Shown here: piece after piece, positions 13,001-25,942 of the stretch
Layout: every line of letters starts with the position of its first letter
Position numbering within the stretch: position 1 is the first letter of the stretch
Source: Octopus sinensis
Lineage: Eukaryota
Assembly (NCBI RefSeq): GCF_006345805.1
Contig: NC_043024.1
Span: 9,672,001-9,736,000, forward strand
Direction of reading: 5' to 3'
DNA length: 64,000 nucleotides
The notes under the pieces: generated by a model
The model's database searches: none
Told to the model about the DNA's origin: nothing
What the model saw: the letters and a program-made list of their open reading frames with translations, nothing else
Translations under genes and position numbers: made by a program

Positions 13001-13359
13001 TAGTTATGATAGTTGGTGTATTTCTCAATTGCGTCCCACATCAACCAATCCATGGCATTATAATCTGGAGAATTAGGAGGCTCAAAATTGGGGGTGGTGA
13101 GGGCATAGAAGTTCTCCGACAACCAACCACTTCTGACTCTTTCCAGAGGTTTGATACACAGCTGAATCCTGCTGCCACACATATAGCTTTCCAGTGGGAA
13201 CCATCTGCAGCCAGGGTTTGACTGCAGTGTCCAACAGCTTCACATAACCAACTGAATTAAGCCTAAAGCTCTATTCAAAGACACGGGGCAGCATGATGTC
13301 ACCCTCACTGGAGACAGTCAAAGACAATCACAGTTTGGAAGAACTTAGCACCACATGAC

Positions 13360-13803
13360 TGGCATCTGTGCTAGTAAAACGCTAAGAGCACCATCCAAGC
13401 ATGATCGTTTCCAGGGCAGCTGACTGGCTCCTGTGCCGGTGGCACATAAAAAGCACCATTCGAGCTTCACCTTGCTGGCACTTGTGTCGGTGGCACATAA
13501 AAAAGATTATTCAAGCGAGGTTGTTGCCAGTGCCGCTGGACTTGCTCCTGTGCAGGCGGCACATGAAAAACACCATTTGGGCGTGGCCTTTGCTAGTACC
13601 GCCTGACTGGCGCTCATGCCGGTGGCACGTAAAAGCACCCACTACACTCTCGGCATGGTTGGCATTAGGAAGGGCATCCAGCTGTAGAAACTCTGCCAGA
13701 TCAGATTGTAGCCTGGTGCAACAATCTGGCTTGCCAGTCCTCCGTCAAGTCGTCCAACCCATGCCAGCATGGAAAGCAGACGTTAAACGATGATGATGAT
13801 GAT
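13360..13803 (+). mobile_element. SINE family C (GGCACGTAAAAGCAC internal repeats; GTGGTTGGCGTTAGGAAGGGCATCCAGC; (GAT)n tail)
   Basis: Representative copy. Others at about 1-210, 626-897, 10125-10355, 14936-16010(-), 19690-20150, 24865-25182, 30633-30905(-), 32545-32918, 43450-43790(-) and 44560-44760(-). Confidence 0.8.
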
Positions 13804-14192
13804 AGAACATCACATGGACTGTCGGCAAGTTATTTGTTGTTCTGGGTGTTACGCAACTGGTCCCGACAGAAGTCCTTTTTGTCTGAGAAGAACCATGTCA
13901 TCCCTGGCTCAACAGCATGCCTCAGCTTCTTTGCCCTTGTCTCGTGGCTCTTCTTAACATTGGCTGTTAGAATCCGTCTCTTGCACTTCTCGTACAAGTA
14001 GCAGTGAAAATCCTCATTCAGGGCCAGTTTCATGGTGACAACTCCCATACCAATCTCTCTTGCCAAAGCCCAGATTTCCTTGCTATGATCTTCCATTACC
14101 TTGTTCTGCAGCTGTTGGATAAATTCTAGCATGCAGACACACAATGCCTGCTGTGTCCCTTCCTGCTGCCCACGGCTTCATAGTGTCCATTG

Positions 14193-14560
14193 CGTGGAGG
14201 CGCAATGGCCCAGTGATAAGGGCAGCGGACTCGCGGTTGTAGGATCGCGGTTTCGATTCCCAGACCGGGCGTTGTGAGTGTTTATTGAGCGAAAACACCT
14301 AAAGCTCCACGAGGCTCCGGCAGGGGATGGTGGTGATCCCTGCTGTACTCTTTCACCACAACTTTCTCTCACTCTTACTTCCTGTTTCTGTTGTACCTGT
14401 TTTTCAAAGGGCCGGCCTTGTCACTCTCTGTGTCACGCTGAATATCCCCGAGAACTACGTTAAGGGTACACATGTCTGTGGAGTGCTCAGCCACTTACAC
14501 GTTAATTTCACGAGCAGGCTGTTCCGTTGATCGGATCAACCGGAACCCTCGTCATCGTAA
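14193..14560 (+). mobile_element. tRNA-headed SINE family D
   Basis: Head GGAGGCGCAATGGCCCAGTG...GGTTTCGATTCCC has A/B boxes and a non-tRNA body. Further copies at about 53320-53610(-), 53980-54290(-) and 54445-54757(-). Confidence 0.75.
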
Positions 14561-16015
14561 CCGACGGAGTGCTTCCATCCATCCATCCATCCAGTGTTCA
14601 TTGCAGCTGTCCATGTAACATCTTACAACCTTCACAATAGTCACAGAGCTTTGACCAGCAGTCGTGGTGCCAGCATTTTCATACCTGGCACAAATCATCA
14701 TGAAACAAGTAGCTCTTCTCCAATATTCACACGGCTTCCAGTCCTCCATCTCAGCTAATTTTTTTCTCAACTGCAACTTTGATCTTTATGCTCTCCAACA
14801 CTGTTGACTATCCCAAGCTATTCCTGGAAAAAAAACGACACAAAAATTTCATGCAGCCTTCCAGCATGCCAGCCCTGGTCAAACCATCCAACCCCTGCCA
14901 GCATGAACAACGGACGTTAAATAATGATATATATCATCATCATCATCATCGTTTAACGTCCGTTTTCCGCGCTAGCACAGGTTAGACGGTTCGACCGGGG
15001 TCTGGGGAGCCAGGGGCTGCCCTAGGCTCCAGTCTGATCTGGCAGTGTTTCTACAGCTGGATGCCCTTCCTAACGCCAACCACTCCGCGAGTTTAGTGGG
15101 TGCTTTTTACGTGCCACCTGCACAGGTGCCAGAGGGGTCTGGCATCGGCCACGATCGGTTGGTGCTTTTTTTATGTGCCACCGGCACAGAAACCAGTCAA
15201 GGCGGCGCTGGAATCGGCCACGTTCGGATGGTGCTTTTTATGTGTCACCGGCACAGGTATCACAACTACTGTTTCCATTGATATTTGGTTCGATGTTCAT
15301 GCACTTGACTCAACAGGTCTCCTCAAGCACAGCGAGATGTTCCGGGATCCCACGATCGGTTGGTGCTTTTTATGTGCCACCGGCACAGAAGCCAGTCGAG
15401 GCGGTGCTGGCGTCGGCCACGCTCGGATGGTGCTTTTTATGTGCCACCGGCACAGAAGCCAGTCGGGGCAGTGCTGGCATCGGCCACGTTCGGATGGTGC
15501 TTTTTATGTGCCACCGGCACAGAAGCCATTCGAGTCGGGGTTGGCATCGGTCACATTCAGATGGTGCTTTTTATGTGCCACCGGCACAGAAGCCAGTGGA
15601 GGCTGCACTGGCAACGGCCACGTTCGGATGGTGCTTTTTATGTGTCACCGGCACAGGTATCACAACTACTGTTTCCATTGATATTTGGTTCGATGTTCAT
15701 AGTGCCACCGGCACAGAAGCCATTCGAGGCGGGGTTGGCATCGTTCACATTCAGATGTGCTTTTTTATGTGCCACGGCGGCACAGAAGCCAGTGGAGGCT
15801 GCCTGGCAACGGCCACGTTCGGATGGTGCTTTTTATGTGTCACCGGCACAGGTATCACAACTACTGTTTCCATTGATATTTGGTTCGATGTTCATGTGCC
15901 ACCGGCACAGAAGCCATTCGAGGCGGGGTTGGCATCGGTCACGTTCGTATGGTGCTTCTTATGTGCCACCGGCATAGAAGCCAGTGGAGGCTGCACTGGC
16001 AACGGCCACATTCGG

Positions 16016-16054
<39 letters not shown>

Positions 16055-16219
16055 GGTGCAGGCATGGCTGTGTGGTAAGAAGCTTGCATTCCACCTGCAT
16101 GCTTCCAGGTTCAGTCCCACTGCGTGACACTTTGGCCAAGTGTCTTCCACTATAGCCTTGGGCCGACCAAAGCCTTGTGAGTAAATTTGGTAGACAGAAA
16201 CTGAAAGAAGCCCGTTGTA

Positions 16220-16250
<31 letters not shown>

Positions 16251-17702
16251 GTCTGTGCTTCCCCCTCCACCACCACTACTTGACAACCGGTGTTGGTGTG
16301 TTTGTGCCCCTGTAACTTAGCAATTCGGCAAAAGAGACCAATTGAATAAGTACCAGGCTTAAAAAAAAAAAATAAGTAACGGGGTCAATTCGTTTGACTA
16401 ACATTCAAAGTGGTGCCCCAGCATGGCTGTCGTCTAATGACTGAAATGAGTAAAAAAATAAAAGAATATATGTGTGTGTATATATATATTTGTTATATAT
16501 ACTCTTTTACTCTTTTACTTGTTTCAGTCAGTTGACTGTGGCCATGCTGGAGCACCGCCTTTAATCGAGCAACTCGACCCCAGGACTTATTCTTTTGTAA
16601 GCCCAGTACTTATTCTATCGGTCTCTTTTGCCGAACCGCTAAGTTACGGGGACGACGTAAACACACCAGCATCGGTTGTCAAGCAATGCTAGGGGGACAA
16701 ACACAGACACACACGCATATATATATATACATATATACGACGGGCTTCTTTCAGTTTCCGTCTACCAAATCCACTCACAAGGCATTGGTCGGCCCGGGGC
16801 TACAGCAGAAGACACCTGCCCAAGATGCCATGCAGTGGGACTGAACCTGGAACCATGTGGTTGGTTAGCAAGCTACTTACCACACAGCCACTCCTGTTAA
16901 TGGTTAAGAAAAAAACTTTAACAAAAGATAGTAAAAAATAAGGGACCAGAGCTCAATGAATGAAACAGGTAAAAAGGACAAAAGATATAATCCAGTTGTT
17001 CCAGCCATGACCACCACAAAAAGAAATAAATAAAGAAAAAAAGAAAGGAATGTTTAAAGATGTAATTAGATACATCTATTGTATACAAAAGCAGGATTTA
17101 TTTACCTGGACACCAACACCACCAATGCTGTCCCCACTCCCTGCTAAGTCTAAAAGCCATCTGTTAAACCTGTGTACATATTATCCCCCCACCCCCCAGT
17201 TATTTGTATTGTTTGTATTGTGTATAAACAGAGAGAGACATAAAAAAAAATCAGGTGAGGTTTTGAAAAAAAAAAAATCTGCTGAGGGGAGGCGGGGCTA
17301 AGGTGATGCTCATGAATATTAATTAGGCTTCACACAAAGGAACAAAAAAAAAGTGGAGTGATGTGATGTCCTTCAGCTGAGCTGAGCTGAACTGGAATGT
17401 TGTGGAAAGACTGCATTAAGGCACATATTTGTATTATATACCTGTGTGTATGTGTGTGTATGTATGTATATATGTATTTATGGTTATATAATGGAGAGAG
17501 GGACGGTGGCATATATGTTTTAGGAACAGAGATAGAAAAATGTGGTAAAATATATATATATATATATATACACACATAAAAGTATATACATTATGTACAC
17601 TAGATATACAACAGATATACATATATATATATCAGAATATATATATATATATACACACACATATATACATATGTATATATATACACATATATACACACAC
17701 AC

Positions 17703-17763
<61 letters not shown>

Positions 17764-17815
17764 CACAGACACATATATATATACACACAGACACATATAT
17801 ATATATAATATACAC

Positions 17816-17863
<48 letters not shown>

Positions 17864-17999
17864 ATATATATATATATATATACACACACCACACACACAC
17901 ATATATATTACACAACACACACACACACACACATCTATATATATATACACACAGTCACACACACACACACACCATATATATATATATATATATATATAC

Positions 18000-18036
<37 letters not shown>

Positions 18037-18428
18037 CATCGTTTAATGTCTGTTTTCCATGCTGGCATGGGTTAACAGATGTGTGTGAGTGTGTGAAGGC
18101 GTGTGGCTTGGTGGTTAGTCTCGCAATTGTAAGGTCGTGAGTTCAATTCCTGGCATTGCGTTGTGTCCTTGAGCAAGATACTTCATTTCACGTTGCTCCA
18201 GTCCACTCAGCTGGCAAACAATGAGTAGAACCTGTATTTCAAAGGGGCCGGACTTGTCACACTCTGTGTCACGCTGAAATCTCCCTGAGAACTACGTTAT
18301 GGGTACGTATGGTTGTGGAATACTCAGCTACTTGCATGTTAATTTCACGAGCAAGCTGTTCCGTTGATTACATCAGCTGGAAACCTCTTTGTCATAACCG
18401 ATAGAATATTACATATATATATATACAT

Positions 18429-18459
<31 letters not shown>

Positions 18460-18914
18460 ACAGATTTATATATACACACACACATATATTCTTTGATTTT
18501 TTTTTACTCATTTCAGTGGCTATATGGTAAGAAGCTTGCTTCCCAACCACATGGTTCCAGGTTCGGTCCCACTGTGTGGCACCTTGGGCAAATGTCTTCT
18601 ACTATAGCCTTGGACTGACCAAAGTTTTGTGAGTGGATTTGGTAAACGGAAACTGAAAGAAGCCCATTATATATATATATATATTTTTGTGTGTCTGTGT
18701 TTGTCCCCTACCATTGCTTGACAACCGTTATTGGTGTGTTTATGTCCCCATAACTAAGCAGTTTCGGCCAAAGAGACTGATAGAATAAGTCCTAGGGGTC
18801 GATTTCTTCAACGAAAACCCTTTAATGCGGTGCTCCAGCATGGCCGCAGTCAAACAACTGGAACAAGTAAACGAATAAAAGAATTACAACATATATATAT
18901 ATATATATAGATAT

Positions 18915-18946
<32 letters not shown>

Positions 18947-19115
18947 GTGTGCACAGACATGGCTGTGTGGTAAGAAACTTGCTTCTCAACCACATGGTTT
19001 CAGGTTCAGTCCTACTATGTGGTGCCATGGGCAAGTGTCTGTCTTCTGCTATAGCCTTGGGCCAATCAAAGCCTTGTGAGTATATTTGGTAGACAAAGAC
19101 TAAAAGAAGCCCATT

Positions 19116-19161
<46 letters not shown>

Positions 19162-19278
19162 CAACCCGTGCTAGCGCGGAAAACAGACGTTAAATGATGA
19201 TGATGATGATATATATATATATGTAAGTTTGGATTTATTCCCTAATATTTATTATTATGTAATAATATATATATTATA

Positions 19279-19422
19279 CGGAGGTGTACTTGCATAGCGA
19301 GTGACTTGAATCTAACGGTTTTTGTGTGTTTCTTGAATGGCTTATAAACACCCCACGCTGCAATTCTTTTCGTTCAGCGCACGATCTCAGATCAAGTCAC
19401 TCGCTATGCAAGTACACCTCCG
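19279..19422. mobile_element. 144-bp MITE with perfect 31-bp TIRs and TA flanks (Tc1/mariner-type)
   Basis: cggaggtgtacttgcatagcgagtgacttga (19279-19309) and its exact reverse complement (19392-19422). Confidence 0.8.
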
Positions 19423-20315
19423 TATATATATATATATATACATAATAATAAATATTAGGGAATAAATCCAAACTTACAGGGAAAAATCAGATTTAGTATT
19501 GAATCCAATTTTATAGTAAAATATTATATTATATTAAATTAGAGATAAAACCACTATTGGGCAAATCATACAATGAAAAACTTAAGCCAATACATAAGAT
19601 TATTTAAATATATAACAAAATTATTTAAAAAATTATATATATACATATATATGCTTGAGAAGACTCGGCAAGTGCAAGTGAGACCCTAACCTTGTGGCCT
19701 ATGCCAGGGGTGTAACCAGTCCATTTATGCGTGCCTTTCCTTCATTAGACACTAAAGTCTGCTTGCGAAGACCAGTTGAGGCAAGTGAAATCAAAGTCGG
19801 AATCAAACTCGATTGCGAAGACCTTTTGAGGCAAGTGAAATCACGATCAAACTCGGTGACTGGCATCCGTTGCTAGTGGAGCGCTAAGAGTACCATACGA
19901 GTGAGATCGTTGCCAGAGCAACAAGCTGGCCTTCGTGCCGATGGCACGTTAAACACACCATTCGAGCGTGATCATTACCTGTGTCGCTTTATTGGCACTT
20001 GTGCTGGTGGCACGTGAAAAAAACATTCGAGCGAGGTCATTGCCAGTACCGCTGGACTTGCTCCTGTGCAGGTGGCACATAAAAAGCACCATTTCGAGCA
20101 TGGCCGTTGCCAGTACTACCAAACTGGCCCCTGTGCCAGTGACACATAAAATTTCAGGAGTGAGCTGTTCCGTTGATCGGATAAACTGGAACCCCTGTCG
20201 TCATAACCAACGGAATCACAATTTTTGTTACCCTTAAATACAGAAAGCAGTTTTCTTTACCAGTCTATCTTTTACTGAGGAAGGTCATGTTTGGAACTAT
20301 TTTCTATTGAGGGTG

Positions 20316-21640
20316 GCATGATCGGTGCCGGTGGCACGTAAAAAGCACCAACTGATCATGATCGCTGCCAGCCTCCCCTGGCACCTGTGCTGGTGGCACG
20401 TAAAAAGCACCAACTGATCATGGCCGCTGCCAGCCTCCCCTGGCACCTGTGCTGGTGGCACGTAAAAGCACCAACTGATCATGGTCGCTGCCAGCCTCCC
20501 CTGGCACCTGTGCTGGTGGCACGTAAAAGCACCAACTGATCATGGCCGCTGCCAGCCTCCCTGGCACCTGTGCTGGTGGCACGTAAAAAGCACCAACTGA
20601 TCATGATTGCTGCCAGCCTCCCCTGGCCCCGTGTGGTGGCACGTAAAAAGCACCAACTGATCATGGCCGCTGCCAGCCTCCCCTGCACCTGTCTGGTTGG
20701 CACGTAAAAAGCACCAACTGATCATGGTCGCTGCCAGCCTCCCCTGGCACTGTGCTGGTGGCACGTAAAAAGCACCAACTGATCATGGCCGCTGCCAGCC
20801 TCCCTGGCACCTGTGCTGGTGGCACGTAAAAAGCACCAACTGATCATGATCGCTGCCAGCCTCCCCTGGCACCTGTGCTGGTGGCACGTAAAAAGCACCA
20901 AATGATCATGGCCGCTGCCAGCCTCCCCTGGGCATGTGCTGGTGGCACGTAAAAAGCACCAACTGATCATGGTCGCTGCCAGCCTCCCCTGGCACCTGTG
21001 CTGGTGGCACGTAAAAAGCACCAACTGATCATGGCCGCTGCCAGCCTCCCCTGGCACCTGTGCTGGTGGCACGTAAAAAGCACCAACTGATCATGGTCGC
21101 TGCCAGCCTCCCCTGGCACCTGTGCTGGTGGCACGTAAAAAGCACCAACTGATCATGGCCGCTGCCAGCCTCCCCTGGCACCTGTGCTGGTGGCACGTAA
21201 AAAGCACCAACTGATCATGGTCGCTGCCAGCCTCCCCTGGCACCTGTGCTGGTGGCACGTAAAAAGCACCAACTGATCATGATCGCTGCCAGCCTCCCCT
21301 GGCACCTGTGCTGGTGGCACGTAAAAAGCACAACTGATCATGATCGCTGCCAGCCTCCCCTGGCACCTGTGCTGGTGGCACGTAAAAAGCACCAACTGAT
21401 CATGATCGCTGCCAGCCTCCCCTGGCACCTGTGCTGGTGGCACGTAAAAAGCACCAACTGATCATGATCGCTGCCAGCCTCCCCTGGCACCTGTGCTGGT
21501 GGCACGTAAAAAGCACCAACTGATCATGATCGCTGCCAGCCTCCCCTGGCACCTGTGCTGGTGGCACGTAAAAAGCACCAACTGATCATGATCGCTGCCA
21601 GCCTACCCTGGCACCTGTTGCCGGTGGCACGTAAAAAGCA
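20316..21640 (+). repeat. 62-bp tandem array (~21 units) inside a family C SINE
   Basis: Unit ggcacgtaaaaagcaccaactgatcatgNYcgctgccagcctcccctggcacctgtgctggt. The normal SINE 3' end resumes at about 21640-21765. Confidence 0.95.
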
Positions 21641-22699
21641 CCCACTACACTCTCGGAGTGGTTGGCGTTAGGAAGGGCATCCAGCTGTAGAAACTCTGCC
21701 AGATCAGATTGGAGTCTGGTTCGCCGGACCTCAGTCAAATCGTCCAACCTATGCTAGCATGATGATATATGTATGTGTGTGTCCCCTCTGTGTTTGTGTC
21801 CCCTCAACATCGCTTGACAACCGATGCTGGTGTGTTGATCTCCTGGCACTGCCACATCAATTATTAGGCACTCTTGTTTTCCCCTCTAAAGGTAACTTAG
21901 CAGTTCGGCAAAAGAAACTGATAGAATAAGTACTAGGCTTACAAAGATTTGCTCAACTAAAGGTGGTGTTCCAGCATGGCCATAGTCTGTCTATCTGTCT
22001 GTCTCTCTCTCTCTTTCTGTCTATCTGTTTCTCTCTCCTTCTGTCTCTTTGTCTCTCTCTCTCTTTCTGTCTTTTTGTCTCTCTCTCTCTCTCTCTCTCT
22101 CCCCATTTCCCTCTATCTGTCTCTATCTCTTTCTCTTTCTTTCTCACTCTCTTTGTTTGTCTGTCTCTCTCTCTCTCTCTCTCATTCTCTCTTTCTCACT
22201 CTCTGTGTCTGTCTGTCTCTCCCTCTCTTTCTCTTTCCCTCTGTTTCTCTCCCTCTCTCTCTGTCTCTATATCTTTCCCCTTTCTGTTTCTCTCACCCCC
22301 CCGTCTGTCTCTATCTCTCTCTTTCTCCCAATCTCTCTTTCTCTCACACTCTCTTCCTCTCTCTCTCATTCTCTCTTTCTCACTCTCTGTGTCTGTCCAT
22401 CTCTCCCTCTCCCTCTGTTTCTCTCTCTCTCCCTCTGTCTCTATGTCTTTCCCCTTTCTATCTCTCCCTTTCTCTCTCTCCCTCCCTTCCTCACTCCTTC
22501 CTCTCCTTTCACACATTCTATCCTAATTTCATTTATGTAAGACATGTTTCAAGAAACGACGGTTGATATCTTATTCTTATGATTTTTGGTGACCTTCACA
22601 AAAAGGAAAGAAAAAAAGTCTCTCACACAGACTGAGACTCTCTTTTTCTTATTCAATTTCCTCATAGTTTTAAAGTATTTTCTCAGAAAACTAGTTTTA

Positions 22700-23460
22700 G
22701 CTGGTTTCTCTGCACACCACAACCACCACCACCACCACCACAAACTACTGCTACCACAACCACCACCATGACCATCACCACCAACTCCACAACAATCACC
22801 ACTACCACCACTACCATTTCCACCACCATCACTACCACAATCACTACCATCGCCACCACAACCGTCACCACCACAACTACAACCACCACCACCACTACCA
22901 TCACCACCACAACCGCTGCCACAACTGCCACCATCACCATCACTACCATCGCCACCACATCACTACTACCACCACCACAACTGCTGCCACCACCACCATC
23001 ACCACCACATCACTACTACCACCACCACAACTGCTGCCACCACCACCATCACCACCACATCACTACTACCCCCATCACCACTACCACCACCACCATTGCT
23101 ACCACCATCACCACTACAACCACTGCCTCCACCACCACCACCACAACTGCTACTACCACTGCAAACACTACCACCATCACCACCACCACCACCACTACCA
23201 CCACCACCACCACAACCACCACCACAACCACTACCACCACCACCACCACCACCACCACTACCAACACCACCACCACCATCACCACAACCACCACTACCAC
23301 CACCACCATCACCACAACCACCACCACCACCACCACCACCATCACCACAACCACCACCACCACCACCATCACCACAACCACCACCACCACCACCCTCACC
23401 ACCACCACCACCACCATCACCACAACCACCACCACCACCCTCACCACCACCACCACCACC

Positions 23461-23491
<31 letters not shown>

Positions 23492-23510
23492 CCACCACCA
23501 CCCCACCACA
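22700..23510. repeat. ~800-bp (ACC/CAC)n low-complexity tract
   Basis: Direct reading; source of the poly-T, poly-P, poly-G and poly-V ORFs. Confidence 0.95.
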
Positions 23511-25193
23511 TTGCTGTCCTCGTGTGCTACTATTTTTATTATCACCATTATAACTACCCCAGTGTTCGTTGCATGCCCTCGCTGCACATCTGAGTGTAGC
23601 TTTGTGTGTTTACTGCAAGCTTTGCTGGCATGGCTGTGGTGATGCTTGTTCTTCCTTCTTTTACCATACTGACTCTACTTCACGTGATGTCATACGATAT
23701 GGTGTCATTACCCTACATATTTTTATCATCATCATCATCATCATCATTAAGGTTGTGAGTTGGCAGAATCGTTAGCACGCAGGGCGAAAAGCTTAACGGT
23801 ATTTCGTCCGCCGTTGCATTCTGAGTTCAAATTCCGCCGAGGTCGACTTTGCCTTACATCCTTTCGGGGTCGATAAATTAAGTACCAGTTACGCACTGGG
23901 GTCGATGTAATCGACTTAATCCCTTTGTCTGTTCTTGTTTGTCCCCTCTGTGTTTAGCCCCTTGTGGGTAATAAAGAAATAGGTATTTCGTCCGCCGTTG
24001 CATTCTGAGTTCAAATTCCGCCGAGGTCGACTTTGCCTTACATCCTTTCGGGGTCGATAAATTAAGTACCAGTTACGCACTGGGGTCGATGTAATCGACT
24101 TAATCCCTTTGTCTGTTCTTGTTTGTCCCCTCTGTGTTTAGCCCCTTGTGGGTAGTAAAGAAATAAGTATTTCGTCTTCCATTGCGTTCAAATACCACCG
24201 AGGTCGACAAAGTCCCAGAGAATTTTTGCCTTCCCCTTTTCATCCATTACCTTTTCCGGTGTATGTTGGTACCAAGCACCTGTAGCCTCATATCTATAGT
24301 AGCCAGTGGTAGTTTTCGGCTACCTTGTCGTGTTTACACCTGTACTGTTTCTGTACAAGACTTTCACAAGTACTTACAATGTTAGTCATGCTTTCAACCC
24401 TCTTCTCACACATTCTGCAGAGGTCCGATGCACTTGTGTGGTATATATTCTTTTTCACTGAGTTGGTATTTAATGCCTGATCCTGGGCAGCGATGATTAG
24501 GCTTTCAGTATGTTTTTGTAGATCACCCTTGTTGAGCCACCTCCATGAAGCTTCTCGGTCTTCTTCTTCTTCTTCTTATTATTATTATTATTATTATTAT
24601 GGCGACAAGCTGGCAAAATTATTACTGCATTGGGCAAAATGCTTAGCAGCATTTCGTCCTTCTTTACGTTCTGAGTTCAAATTCTGCCATGGTTGACTTT
24701 GCTTTTCATTCTTTTGGGGTCAATAAATTAAGAACGAATCAAGTACCTGGGTCAATGTGTCTTACACCATCCCGCAAAATTTCAGGCCTTGTACCTATAA
24801 TCGAAAGGATTATTATTATTATTAGTAGTAGTAGTAGTAGTATTAGTATTATTATTCTGAGATACCAGTGCCGGTGGCACGTAATAAAACCATCCAAACG
24901 TGGCCATTGCCAGCACCACCCCAACTGGCCTCCGTGCCGGTGGCACGTAAAAGCACCATCCGATTGTGGCCGTTTGCCAGCCTCCTCTGGCACCTGTGCA
25001 GGTGGCACATAAAAAGCACCCACTACACTCTCGGAGTGGTTGGCATTAGGAAGGGCATCCAGCTGTAGAAACACTGCCAGATCAGACTGGAGCCTGGCGC
25101 AGCCTTCTGGCTTCGCAGACCCCAGTTGAACCGTCTAACCCATGCCAGCATGGAAAACGGACGTTAAACGATGATGATGATTATTATCATCAA

Positions 25194-25231
<38 letters not shown>

Positions 25232-25273
25232 GTGTGAAAATGTTATCTTAATGCCATTTGTGATTGTTTTCAG

Positions 25274-25387
25274 GTGGAAACCCGTGAGGATGAGGAACAG
25301 AATGTCAAACTGGAAGAAACAATTGAATTATTGCGATCGGCCGGCTATTTCAGGGCTCGCATCAAGGGATTAACTCCCTTCGATAAG
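25274..25387 (+). CDS. CCDC93: CCDC93 exon 2 ([38 protein letters not shown])
   Basis: ttttcag| acceptor, AAG|gtatgg donor, 114 nt. Nearly identical to remembered vertebrate CCDC93 [38 protein letters not shown]. Confidence 0.97.
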
Positions 25388-25545
25388 GTATGGAGATTGT
25401 CTGACGCTTATAACCCATGTTTTTTGTTGTTCTTCCTTTCTTAGTCTCCTCACCCCCTCCTCCACCTGCTCCCTAACAGGTGCTACAATTCCAGGGCAGA
25501 GTAGAGCTGGGGACAATAGTAGCCAAGATATACCTCCATTCATTT

Positions 25546-25753
25546 CTATCCGCTCAGTCGAAGTCGACTCTCGGTCACTTGTTGGATCAGTGTCCTCCAG
25601 TCAGTTCTATCCTGGGTCGCTTCCTTCAGACAGGCCATGTCCATTCCCGTATCACTCCTGATGGTGTCAAGCCAGCTGGTTCTTGGTCGGCCTCTTCCTC
25701 TCTTGCCACTGACCATTCCAAGCATGATGTCCTTCTCCGGGGATTTTCTCCGC

Positions 25754-25788
<35 letters not shown>

Positions 25789-25942
25789 CTTTATATATAT
25801 ATCCACTCAGTCGAAGTCGACTCTCGGTCACTCGTTGGATCAGTGTCCTCCAGTCAGTTCTATCCTGGGCCGCTTCCTTCAGACTAGCAATATCCATTCC
25901 GGTATCACTCCCTGATGGTGTCAAGCCAGCTGGTTCTTGGTT
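25546..25942 (-). mobile_element. Two tandem 3' fragments of an RTE-clade LINE
   Basis: Translation MLGMVSGKRGRGRPRTSWLDTIRSDTG...QDRTDWRTLIQQVTESRLRL is the typical RTE ORF C-terminus. Both copies end in (TA)n. Confidence 0.8.

Larger units (their letters stand above)
13003..14780 (-). mobile_element. Decayed Tc1/mariner-superfamily (maT/DD37D-like) transposase relic interrupted by SINEs
   Basis: Collinear minus-strand fragments: N-terminal MEDWKPCEYWRRAT (14552-14776), HTH/linker IWALAREIG...TWFFSDKKDF (13830-14144) and catalytic PPNSPDYNAMDW (13020-13180). SINEs sit at about 13360-13800 and 14190-14560. Confidence 0.7.

Noticed and set aside
14193-14270. tRNA-like sequences (heads of families A and D)
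   Set aside because: A/B boxes are present, but I see no convincing acceptor stem, and each runs into a multi-copy SINE body.
15100-16010. CRISPR-like repeat/spacer appearance (also 20.3-21.6 kb)
   Set aside because: The spacers are homologous to each other, the blocks are part of a eukaryotic SINE, and there are no cas genes.
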